Part shown: piece by piece, positions 9,716 to 18,475 of the stretch
Position numbering within the stretch: the stretch's first letter is position 1
Layout of the letters: each line of letters starts with the position of its first letter
Assembly (NCBI GenBank): GCA_040770465.1
Contig: JAXGJB010000003.1
Location: 1 to 64,000 of the forward strand
Direction of reading: 5' to 3'
Source of the DNA: Methanothrix sp.
GTDB taxonomy: Archaea > Halobacteriota > Methanosarcinia > Methanotrichales > Methanotrichaceae
Length of the DNA: 64,000 nucleotides
Translations under genes and position numbers: made by a program
Notes under the pieces: model-generated
What the model was told of the DNA's origin: nothing
Database searches by the model: none
The model's input: only the letters and a program-made list of their open reading frames with translations

Positions 9716-11014
9716 CTAAATATCCCTCAGATCCACGACCTTCTTCGACTTCCCCTCGGTCCGGGGGAGGCTCCCCTTCTCCACAAGCTCGATCCGAGAC
9801 CTTATCTTCATCACCGACTTCAGCTCGGCCTCCACCTTCTTCTGGATCTTCGCCAGATCCTTCAGCTCGCCGGTGAAGGCAGAGTCGCTCATCTCCACCT
9901 TGATCGCAATCTCGTCGAGGCCGTGCCTCTTTCTGTCGACGACCACTTGGAAGTAGTCCCCGATCTCGGGCATCTTGAGGAGGACGTCCTCGATCTGGCT
10001 GGGGAAGACGTTGATCCCTCTCACCACCAGCATGTCGTCGGCCCTCCCCAGGAACCGGTGGAGCTTGACGCTGGTCCTGCCGCAGGAGCAATCGTCCTCC
10101 ATCATGTAGGTGACGTCCCCCGTATGGTACCGAATGAGAGGCATCGCCTCTTTGGTGAGGGAGGTGAGGACCAGCTCGCCCCGCTCGCCGGGGGCGCAAG
10201 CCTCCCCATCGGGATCGACGATCTCCACCAGAAAATGGTCCTCCCAGATGTGAAGGCCGTTCTGCTCCTGACACTCGAAGGCGACGCCGGGACCGAACAT
10301 CTCCGAGAGGCCGTAAGAGTCATAGGCCTTGATGTTCAGCATCTCCTCCAGCTCCGTCCGGGCCCGGTCAGACCAGGGCTCGGCCCCGAAGCAGCCCACC
10401 TTCAAGGAGAGGTCATCGACCGCACCCATGTCGATCACCGTCTCGGCGAGGTAGAGGGCGTAAGAGGGGGTGCAGTGGAGCGCCGTGACGCCGAAGTCGA
10501 TCATGATCTCGATCTGGCGTTTGGTGCTCCCGGTGCCGCTGGGAACCGCCATCGCGCCCATCCGCTCGATCCCGTAATGGATGCCCAGGCCCCCGGTGAA
10601 GAAGCCGTAGTTGACGGCGTTCTGGAATATGTCCTCCTTCGTGCAGCCGACCATAACCAGGTCTCGGGCCACCATATCCGACCAGGTCTCTATGTCCCGA
10701 GCGGTGTAGCCGACGACCGTCGGCTTGCCGGTCGTCCCGGAGGAGGCGTGGACCCGGACGATCTCGCTCTTGGGGACGGCGAAGAGGCCGAAGGGGTAGT
10801 TGTCCCGGAGATCTCCCTTCCTCGTCTCGGGAAGGGACCTCGCATCTTTGAGGCTCGTCACGTCCCCGGGCGTAACGCCGAGGTCTTTCATCTTCCGGTG
10901 GTAGAAGGGCACGTTGTCGTAGGCCCTCTTCACCGCGTCCTTCAGGCGTCTTTGTTGCAGATCCTCGAGATCTGACCGCTTCATCGTCTCGATCTTGGGT
11001 TGCCAGAAGTTCAT
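9716..11014 (-). CDS. paaK: Phenylacetate--CoA ligase family
   Basis: 'RVHASSGTTGKPT', 'DSYGLSE' and 'GRADDMLVVRGINVFPSQIE'. Confidence 0.92.
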   Translation of the reverse strand: MNFWQPKIETMKRSDLEDLQQRRLKDAVKRAYDNVPFYHRKMKDLGVTPGDVTSLKDARSLPETRKGDLRDNYPFGLFAVPKSEIVRVHASSGTTGKPTVVGYTARDIETWSDMVARDLVMVGCTKEDIFQNAVNYGFFTGGLGIHYGIERMGAMAVPSGTGSTKRQIEIMIDFGVTALHCTPSYALYLAETVIDMGAVDDLSLKVGCFGAEPWSDRARTELEEMLNIKAYDSYGLSEMFGPGVAFECQEQNGLHIWEDHFLVEIVDPDGEACAPGERGELVLTSLTKEAMPLIRYHTGDVTYMMEDDCSCGRTSVKLHRFLGRADDMLVVRGINVFPSQIEDVLLKMPEIGDYFQVVVDRKRHGLDEIAIKVEMSDSAFTGELKDLAKIQKKVEAELKSVMKIRSRIELVEKGSLPRTEGKSKKVVDLRDI

Positions 11015-11298
11015 GGAAATCGCGATCCTGAAATTTTAGTCGGCCGAAAACCGATATGCTAGGCTGTGTCGTGAGAGACTCCGTCACGATATATCAATCA
11101 TTCCCCCAGCCCCAAGCCGTATCGGCCGTGCGATCTCCGTTCCTCGCTCTTCCCCTTCTGGCATTTCAGGCACCATGATCAGATCCCCATTCTCTCTCTC
11201 TCCCCGGAATCCGGATCTCGGCTGGTCGATCCCGGAACGGAGCTGCGGCTCGGGCTCGATGTTATTAAGAATAAAAAAAGGGAGGGGTTGGGGCAGGA

Positions 11299-14200
11299 TC
11301 AGCGGTTCTTGATCTGCTCCAGAATCTCCTTCAGCTTGCCGGTGGAGTAGAGGTAGGCTCCACCTCCGATGGCGATGAGGAGGATCAGAATCCCCACCAC
11401 CATCCCGGTGGAGCTCTTCTCCTCCACGGTGATGGTCCTCTGGACCCCGCCCACCTCCACTGTATAGATGCCGGGCTCCTCGGGCGTGTACTCGAAGGTC
11501 GCAGATCCCGTCTCCCCTGGATCGAGGGTGATATTCGTCGATCCCTCGGGATTTCCGTTGACCTTCAGCTCGACGGTGGCGTTGTCGCTGATCGGCCCAT
11601 CGTTCACGGCGGTGGCGGTGATCTCGACCTTCTTGCCGGCTCTGGTGGTCTCGTCCACCTCAAGACCGGTTATCTCGATGGGGGTCGTCACCACGATCTT
11701 CCTCGATCCGTTCTCATACCCCTCCTTGGAGGCGGCGATGGTATGAGTGCCCACCGAGTCTGAAGCGAAGGAGATCGTGCCGATCTCATCGGTGGCCCCG
11801 ACGCTGATTCCGTCGAAGGCGATATCGGCACCCTCCACCGGCCTCTGGTCGAGTCCGATGGTGGCCTTGATGACGAAGCTCTCTCCTTTCATCACCTCCT
11901 GAGGCGAGGTGACGGCGAGAATCCTCTCTTCTCGGACGTTGCTGACGACGAGGACCGCCTTGACGTCGGTGTACTCGTCCTTCTTCGCCTCGACGTCGAA
12001 GCTGCCCGAAACCTCCGGCGAGTAGACGAAGACGCCGTCGGTGTCGGTGGTCCCGACCTCGCTCCCGTTGATGGTGATGAGAACCCCTATGACGGGCGTT
12101 CCGTCAGAGGTGACCAGGATCTCAGCGGGGGTTCCCACCACAGCCGCCGGGATATCGACCACCATGGGCTTGGTCTCCGCGCTGACCTCTACGATGGGGG
12201 CGACGAGCCTTCGATCGCTGTCTGAGACCCTGAACTTCAGATTCTCCATGACGGTGACGGTCTTGCCCTTTCCGAGGCTGATGGAGCCGTCGTTTACCAT
12301 CTCTATTTTGCTCTCAGATACGCTGTCGATCTCCATCTTCCCGTAGGACTCGCCCTCTTCGACGGAGCTGGGATCGTCGGATACCTGGAAGATCCCCTCT
12401 ACGGTGGCCAAGTCCTCCTCCCTACCCCGGAAGACGCTATCGACGTGGACCGCTATGATCGGGACGTCTTCGCCTCCGATCTCATCCTCGTAGGTGAAGG
12501 TAGAGCTCTCCGGAGTGCTTCCGGGCTCGATCACCTTGCTGTCGACCTCGTCCCCGTCCTTGGTGATGGACATGTAGACCTTGTTCCCGTCGAGGTCCAC
12601 CTCCTTGATCCGAAGCTCGTACCCCTCCTTCAACGGGAAGGTGGCCCCGCTCCGAACGGTGTAGGACTCGTCGTCGTCGATGAGGACCTTTCTCAGCTCC
12701 TCCTCGTTTATGACGCTGAAGTCGTCGGTGAACTCGGTCTCGTCGGTGTATCCTGCAAAGTACTTCTCGGCCAGGAATCCTATGACGTCGTACTCGCCCC
12801 AGTCTTCGTACTCGAACCTCACCGACTGGGGTTCGGTCTTGTACGTGAGGTCTCCATCATCGATCTTGTCCCCGGTGAACTTGGCCTCGAGCTCTTCAGT
12901 CCCCACGTCATCGTCGATGTCGTAGTAGAACCCCTCGAAGTTGTAGGGTGTCCAGATGAACTCGTCGTAATCTGCCGGGTCGACGACCGTTCCCCTGATC
13001 TCGTAGCTTCCAGTCCTCTTAACCGTCGGCCCGAACCGGAGCTCATCGGAGTCGCCCACCATGAAGCTGACGTCACCCATCACAGGGACGGTCTTCCCCT
13101 TTCGGAGAGTGATGGAGTTGTCGTTGGTCATCCTGATGGTGTCACCGGATACCGTATCAATCTCCATATCTCCGTACTTATCGCCGCTCTCGACGGTGAT
13201 GTAATCGTCGGAGATCTGGAAGATCCCGTCGACGGTGACGAGGCTCGTCTCGGCCCCGGCGAAGATGCTCGAGACGTGGATCATCACCAGGGGCAGATCC
13301 TCACCGCTCATGTCGACCTCGTACTTGTAGGTTGAAGATCCCAGGTCCCTCGGGTCTATGACCTTGCTGTCCACCTCCTCTCCGTCCTTGGCGAGGGAGA
13401 ACCAGACCTTGTTCCCGTCGAGGTCGATCTCTTTGATCCTGATCTCATAACCCTCCTCCAGAGGCAGGACCGAGCCGGTATCCACTGTGTACTCCTCGTC
13501 GTCGTCGATGAGGACCTCACGGAGTTCCTCTTCGTCCAGGAGGCTGATATCGTCGTCCACGACCTCCGGGCTCGTCCCGATATATCCTGCGAAGTACTTC
13601 TGAGCCATGAAGCCTATGACGTTGTAGCTGCCCCAGTCGTCGAAGTCAAACTCGATCGAATCGGCTTCTGTCTCGTATTTCAGGTTGTTCTCTTTGATGG
13701 CCCTGTCGTACCCGTCGCCCGACTCTCTCAGCTCGACGGTTAGAGTCTCTGTCCCCACGTCGTCATCGAGGTCGTAGAAGAATCCTGAGAAGGTCTGGGG
13801 GGTCCAGGTGTACTCTGCCGGGTTCTTCCCCTCCCGCCAGATCCGGTCGGTCTCGGAGAACTCCTCTTCGGTGTCATCCGCCACGTTCTCCTCCCCCGTC
13901 ACCTCCTCGTCGGCGACTGCCGACGCGATGGCATCTTCGGTCGGAGCAGAGTCGTCCCTGGGAGCGTCTTCCTGTGGCGCGTCCATCATCGGAGCCTCCC
14001 CTGCTGCCACCTCGGCCGGTGTCACCTCAGCCGGTGGCGCCTCTGACTCTTCGGTCGGAGTCGGTTCAGCCGTCACCTCAGCCTCCTCAGACGGGGAGAC
14101 CTCAGCTGGTGTTTCCTCCTCCGTTGGAGCCGGTTCAGCAGCCGTCACCTCAGAATCCTCCGAAGAGGGCTGATCTTCCGATGGTGCATCTACCGGTGGT

Positions 14201-14400
14201 GCATCCTCCTGTGGCGCATCAATTTCGGCGGCTCCATCTTCGGCAGTCTCATCTCCAGGGCCGGATTCCATCGAGGGTTCGGACCCCGGTGAGGCCGGCT
14301 CATCTGGAGCATCAACTTGTGCCAGAGCTCCCATTTGCAGAACTGCCGCCACGGCGACCAGGAGCAGGCAAAGCAGTCCTCCAGCCCTAAGGTAGTTCAT
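11299..14400 (-). CDS. S-layer-related duplication-domain (DUF1608-type) surface protein with CARDB-like domain and C-terminal TM anchor
   Basis: Two copies of 'WTPxxFxGFxYDxDDDVGTE...YxVIGFxAxKYFAGY', a signal peptide, a Pro/Glu/Ala-rich N-linker and a C-terminal hydrophobic helix. Confidence 0.9.
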   Translation of the reverse strand: MNYLRAGGLLCLLLVAVAAVLQMGALAQVDAPDEPASPGSEPSMESGPGDETAEDGAAEIDAPQEDAPPVDAPSEDQPSSEDSEVTAAEPAPTEEETPAEVSPSEEAEVTAEPTPTEESEAPPAEVTPAEVAAGEAPMMDAPQEDAPRDDSAPTEDAIASAVADEEVTGEENVADDTEEEFSETDRIWREGKNPAEYTWTPQTFSGFFYDLDDDVGTETLTVELRESGDGYDRAIKENNLKYETEADSIEFDFDDWGSYNVIGFMAQKYFAGYIGTSPEVVDDDISLLDEEELREVLIDDDEEYTVDTGSVLPLEEGYEIRIKEIDLDGNKVWFSLAKDGEEVDSKVIDPRDLGSSTYKYEVDMSGEDLPLVMIHVSSIFAGAETSLVTVDGIFQISDDYITVESGDKYGDMEIDTVSGDTIRMTNDNSITLRKGKTVPVMGDVSFMVGDSDELRFGPTVKRTGSYEIRGTVVDPADYDEFIWTPYNFEGFYYDIDDDVGTEELEAKFTGDKIDDGDLTYKTEPQSVRFEYEDWGEYDVIGFLAEKYFAGYTDETEFTDDFSVINEEELRKVLIDDDESYTVRSGATFPLKEGYELRIKEVDLDGNKVYMSITKDGDEVDSKVIEPGSTPESSTFTYEDEIGGEDVPIIAVHVDSVFRGREEDLATVEGIFQVSDDPSSVEEGESYGKMEIDSVSESKIEMVNDGSISLGKGKTVTVMENLKFRVSDSDRRLVAPIVEVSAETKPMVVDIPAAVVGTPAEILVTSDGTPVIGVLITINGSEVGTTDTDGVFVYSPEVSGSFDVEAKKDEYTDVKAVLVVSNVREERILAVTSPQEVMKGESFVIKATIGLDQRPVEGADIAFDGISVGATDEIGTISFASDSVGTHTIAASKEGYENGSRKIVVTTPIEITGLEVDETTRAGKKVEITATAVNDGPISDNATVELKVNGNPEGSTNITLDPGETGSATFEYTPEEPGIYTVEVGGVQRTITVEEKSSTGMVVGILILLIAIGGGAYLYSTGKLKEILEQIKNR

Positions 14401-14842
14401 GACTCTCCTCCCACCTATATCGATTTTAATATAATGATCGTCTGTCAGTTCTATATATAAGTTACCTGTATCTTCCGCTCTCTTCAGAGCCTTCGCCCAG
14501 TCCGAAGGGGTCCACTTTTTTAATCGGATTCGATCTCGGGCATTTCTCTGATGAACCTGATCCGAGTTAAGGGTTTCGTGAAATGGCTGTTCTTTTAGCT
14601 ATCGATCTCTCCTCGGATCAGGGGGTCTGAGCCCCGATCAGCACCTGCCGAGATCTGTTTTGTTACTTCGGATTTTTCCCAAATTTCAGTTCTTTCGGAT
14701 AATACCAAATTCAGATAAACGTTTTGGTGGGGGGGACGAAGATTTGATTCTGGGATATGGGGTCACGAATCTGTGGCGAGGCATCACCTCCCGCAATCTT
14801 TAAGTCGCTGGCGACCGCTCTCTTCCTGGGGAGGTTGAAGCT

Positions 14843-15967
14843 TTGAGACTGATCATCGGATCCACTATCTTCATATTGTGGGGATTATCCCTGGCTGCCG
14901 CCTTTTCTGCCAGCGGCTTTCATCCCTACGACGGGATTATGGTCGATTATCTGCCAAACCCCTTCGCTGCCGATCGGCCCGCGTGGGACCCCTTCGGACC
15001 GGACCAGGATTCGGGGTATACTCCCGGGAGGCCTGAATGGGACCCTTACTCTCCCGCGAGCTACGACGTCCCCCAGATGGTCTCCGCGGACCCCTTCGGA
15101 CCGGAGCAGAATCTATCGATAGGCGATGAGGTGGCGAGTCCGAACAAGCTCTACCTCCAGTCTGGGAGCCTCCTGGTGACCGAGGGGACTGTCGGCCTGG
15201 GGACCCCCTACACCCTCTGGCTCTACGTCGGAGATCTGGGACTCTTCAGCCTCTATGACGGTGGGAGCAGGATTCTGTCCCAGGGGTTTGTGAGCCGGGG
15301 ATGGTACCGGGTGGACAGATACGCGGAGACTGTGGAGACCCACCTTTATCGGTTCAACACCAGCACTCTGAGCAACCCCGTCACCCTATCCGTCAGCTCG
15401 GCTGGCTATCCTTCAGGCTACGGCCTGGTGGGACGGGTCGTTGACCCCTACGGCTCCGGCATCGCCAACGCGGGGGTCCGAATCTCGGGATCGGATGGCG
15501 GCGTCTTCAGCATCGTATCGGGCAGCCTGGGATACTACGGGATGGACGTCCCCTCGGGGACTTATTCGGTGACCGCAGAGCTGGATGGGTTCACCTTCAG
15601 CACGTCGACGGCTCGGGTCTGGACCGGGACCGTCTCAGCTGCGGGGACCATTGTGGGGTACCCCGCCGGCGGCTCGGTTCTTCCCAACGAGAGCCGCGCG
15701 GCTGAGGCTGGGTGGCTTGAAGGCGTGATCACCGACGGGAGCGGCGCCCCCGTCCCCGGGGCGACGGTCCGGATCGACGGCGTATTTTCCGTCACCACCG
15801 ACGATGACGGCGGCTATTGGACCAGCCTCGTCCCAGGGTGGCACTCGATAACGGTCTCCGCCAACGGTTACACTTTCAGATCCGCATCGGTCCATATTCT
15901 GGCAGGCCAGGGCTCTAAGCTCGACATCCAGGGGACCAGGATTGTAGCCCTGGGGAAGTACGGGTGA
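14843..15967 (+). CDS. Secreted protein with two carboxypeptidase-regulatory-like (transthyretin-fold) domains
   Basis: Signal peptide, 'GRVVDPYGSGIANAGVRI' and 'GVITDGSGAPVPGATVRI'. Confidence 0.8.
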   Translation: MRLIIGSTIFILWGLSLAAAFSASGFHPYDGIMVDYLPNPFAADRPAWDPFGPDQDSGYTPGRPEWDPYSPASYDVPQMVSADPFGPEQNLSIGDEVASPNKLYLQSGSLLVTEGTVGLGTPYTLWLYVGDLGLFSLYDGGSRILSQGFVSRGWYRVDRYAETVETHLYRFNTSTLSNPVTLSVSSAGYPSGYGLVGRVVDPYGSGIANAGVRISGSDGGVFSIVSGSLGYYGMDVPSGTYSVTAELDGFTFSTSTARVWTGTVSAAGTIVGYPAGGSVLPNESRAAEAGWLEGVITDGSGAPVPGATVRIDGVFSVTTDDDGGYWTSLVPGWHSITVSANGYTFRSASVHILAGQGSKLDIQGTRIVALGKYG

Positions 15968-16087
15968 AGACAGCCGATCTCGCCAGACGGCCGACGGCGC
16001 ACCCCGCAGCAGAGCGGCTGGGCGTGATAAAGCATCCGCTGGATCTGCGATCGGCAAAGAAAAAGAGTCGAAGGCGGCTCGGGCGGG

Positions 16088-16201
16088 TCAGGCGTAGTTC
16101 CAGCGCCAGACCTTGAACCCGACGGCCAGAATTCCGAAGAAGAGGGCCAGCACGACCAGAGACTGAAGGTATTCGATGGTGGTTACGATATCCATGTTCA
16201 T
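16088..16201 (-). CDS. Small single-TM membrane protein (35-37 aa), not in the ORF track
   Basis: MNMDIVTTIEYLQSLVVLALFFGILAVGFKVWRWNYA*. Host-like GC-ending codons, upstream TTTATGA TATA-like box and downstream T-tract. Confidence 0.65.
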   Translation of the reverse strand: MNMDIVTTIEYLQSLVVLALFFGILAVGFKVWRWNYA

Positions 16202-16272
16202 CACTGGGATGAGAGCCTCTCTTATGTCTCATAAAGATTTTGGTTTCTCTCGCCGGAGGAAGAAGAGCCTTT

Positions 16273-16476
16273 GCTCCGGGGAGGTGATCGGCGGCCTGAC
16301 GGGGCCAGTTCGTCCCATCCGCCGCGATGCCAACCTCGCAGGTTTCGCCGATCCCTCGGGAAAGCCTCCCCGGTCGAAGCGTCTCAGGCTTCCGTCCGGT
16401 CAGCAGTCGGGACTCCGGGTGGCAGGACGGTCCCTCGTCCGAGTAAGCGTGTCCGAACGAGCATCGCCACCGGAGC
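16273..16476. ncRNA. Candidate structured RNA or palindromic element
   Basis: Stems CCGGGGAGG/CCTCCCCGG, GATCGGCG/CGCCGATC and CTCCGG(G)TGGC/GCCACCGGAG. Termini GCTCCGG/CCGGAGC. Confidence 0.35.
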
Positions 16477-16535
16477 TGGAAGGAAGACGGGCGAGACCGA
16501 TATCATTATATCTCCAGATCGACAACCCAAAAATC

Positions 16536-16658
16536 ATGTCTTGGATGAAGGATAAGAAGTTCTGCGAGAAGGATCGGGAGAAGCTTGAGAAGGGGAGCGG
16601 ATCTGAAAAGTTCCTCACCATGATCAGCAACTGGTTCTACCGGGTCATGTCCTGGTGA
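16536..16658 (+). CDS. Small 40-aa protein
   Basis: MSWMKDKKFCEKDREKLEKGSGSEKFLTMISNWFYRVMSW*. TATA-like ATTATAT at about 16505 and host-like codon usage. Confidence 0.55.
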   Translation: MSWMKDKKFCEKDREKLEKGSGSEKFLTMISNWFYRVMSW

Positions 16659-16684
16659 GAAAGTAGGCTAAAATTAAGCTCAAA

Positions 16685-17830
16685 TCAGCGGCCTCGGCAG
16701 GCCCGATAGACCGCCGAGCTTCTGCTCTGAAGCAGCTTTATCGCCTCTTTCCCGTTTTTTCCGAAGCTGAGGACCGACGTGACCGGCTCTCCTCTCTTCG
16801 CGAAAGATCCGGGCCTCGGGACGTCGGCGACCCACTTAGTCGCGCGCCTGAGGTCACCCTCTATTTTCAGGTCCGATTTGGCGAAGACGACTCCCCTCCC
16901 CCCAAACCCCCGGGGTTTGGGCCTTGCAGGAAGGATGCCATCGAAGGATAGGAGGTGGGCGCCGAAGAGGTTCATACCCAACGAGATCTCCACGGCGTCG
17001 AGGCTCCCCTGAAACCGCGGGTTCACCTCCAGGACGACGGGGCCCGACTCCGTCAGGATGAAGTCGACCCCGTTGGAGCCCACCAGCCGGAGCATGCTTG
17101 CGATCTCCTCCGCGGCCTTCATCATATCGACAACATCTGGGTCGTCTCGGGACCGATCCAGGGGCGAGATGTTCCCGCAGTATCGAAAACCGCTCCCGCC
17201 GAGCCACTCGGTCCCGATCAGCTGCTCGTTTGCGGATATCGCCACCGCGTCCTCGCCGTCGGCTATCACCGAGACGCTGGCGGGGATGCCCTCGACCATC
17301 TCCTGGACGATGAGATCCCCCTCCAGGCGGGCCAGATCCACGTCGGAGAAGACGAGCCGGTTCTCGGCTCCGCCCGCCCCCTTCCGGGGCTTGACCATCT
17401 GGGGAAAAGATGCTGACCCCTCCTCGCCGATCTGCCAGGTGGGAACCGATGCAAACCCCTCCCGTTCGAGCCAGCGGGCGAGCCAGAGCTTGTCGGAGAC
17501 CTGGGATATCTTCTCCGGCTGGTTGTTCAGAACCTCGATCCCGTCGCTCTCCTCGATCCTCATATCCTCGATGCCGGGACCCAGGACGATGCAGTCGACC
17601 AAGCCGCGGTCCAGAACTGTTCTGATCAGGTCGCGGGCCGAGATGGCGAGTTCGCCGGGGATCGAGGGATCGGCTTCGAGGATAGAGGTCTGATAGACCG
17701 ATTCCGCCAGGTCCAGGTCGTTGTAGCAGTCGGCGGCGAAGACCGCGTGGCCGGCCCGGGCCGCAGAAGAGGCGATGTGGCGGACGGACTGGCCGACGAC
17801 CAGGACTCGGCGGGGTCGATCAGACCTCAA
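16685..17830 (-). CDS. ATP-grasp domain protein
   Basis: 'VSDKLWL', 'VKPRKGAGG', 'VQEMVEG' and 'VLEVNPRFQGS'. Confidence 0.85.
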   Translation of the reverse strand: MRSDRPRRVLVVGQSVRHIASSAARAGHAVFAADCYNDLDLAESVYQTSILEADPSIPGELAISARDLIRTVLDRGLVDCIVLGPGIEDMRIEESDGIEVLNNQPEKISQVSDKLWLARWLEREGFASVPTWQIGEEGSASFPQMVKPRKGAGGAENRLVFSDVDLARLEGDLIVQEMVEGIPASVSVIADGEDAVAISANEQLIGTEWLGGSGFRYCGNISPLDRSRDDPDVVDMMKAAEEIASMLRLVGSNGVDFILTESGPVVLEVNPRFQGSLDAVEISLGMNLFGAHLLSFDGILPARPKPRGFGGRGVVFAKSDLKIEGDLRRATKWVADVPRPGSFAKRGEPVTSVLSFGKNGKEAIKLLQSRSSAVYRACRGR

Positions 17831-18396
17831 ACCGATCCGCCCTCGACCTCGTCTTCATCTCGCCTTTCGGCGTTCTCACGCCTTTCGATGACCGTCTTGT
17901 ATCGCGGGCTTGGGACGACCTCGATCTTTCCTCCGAACTCCCGATCCAATTCCTGACCAAGAAAGAGCCTGTCCAGAAATACCGCCAGAGCCGCCACCTC
18001 CGAGTGGGGCTGGTTTCCGACCCCGACGTTCCAGTCCGCCACCTCGTAGATCTCGGGGGGGACCTTCTCCGCCCCCACCACCACCATCACGGCTTCAGAG
18101 CGGCGGATCTCGTCGATGGACTCGGATAGGGGCGTGCCGTACATGGTGAGGTGGACGATCCTCCCCCCCGCATCCTTCCACCGTCTCGCCTCCCCTTTCC
18201 AGCCGCCGGTCGACCGAACCCGAAAGTTCCCGCCCCACCTCTCGACTACGTCTTCAAGGCCACTGACCAGCTTGTCGTCCCTCCCGGCGAGGATCATCTC
18301 CTCGGCCCCGAAGGCCCGGGCCACGAGCCCCACGTGGGTGGTGATCCTTTTGTCCCGCTCCGGCCGGTGGCCGAGCCGCAAGACAGAAACTCGCAT
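17827..18396 (-). CDS. trm56: tRNA (cytidine56-2'-O)-methyltransferase
   Basis: 'LRLGHRPERDKRITTHV', 'VHLTMYG' and 'GNQPHSEVAALAVFLD'. Confidence 0.95.
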   Translation of the reverse strand: MRVSVLRLGHRPERDKRITTHVGLVARAFGAEEMILAGRDDKLVSGLEDVVERWGGNFRVRSTGGWKGEARRWKDAGGRIVHLTMYGTPLSESIDEIRRSEAVMVVVGAEKVPPEIYEVADWNVGVGNQPHSEVAALAVFLDRLFLGQELDREFGGKIEVVPSPRYKTVIERRENAERRDEDEVEGGSV

Positions 18397-18475
18397 GGCC
18401 GAAAGAGATGCGAGATGCTATTTATCTTATTGGCCATCAAAACCGATAAATCCCTTGGCGGCCTTCACATGGAGG

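Noticed and set aside
12250-13830. Internal DNA repeats in the S-layer gene as a recombination cassette
   Set aside because: They are explained by the ancient tandem duplication of the S-layer domain, and the copies are diverged.
16273-16476. SRP RNA, RNase P RNA or a known riboswitch
   Set aside because: It lacks the SRP helix-8 motif (CAGG..GGAA..AGCAG), the RNase P P4 strands and the fluoride/cobalamin consensus. Kept only as an unknown structure.
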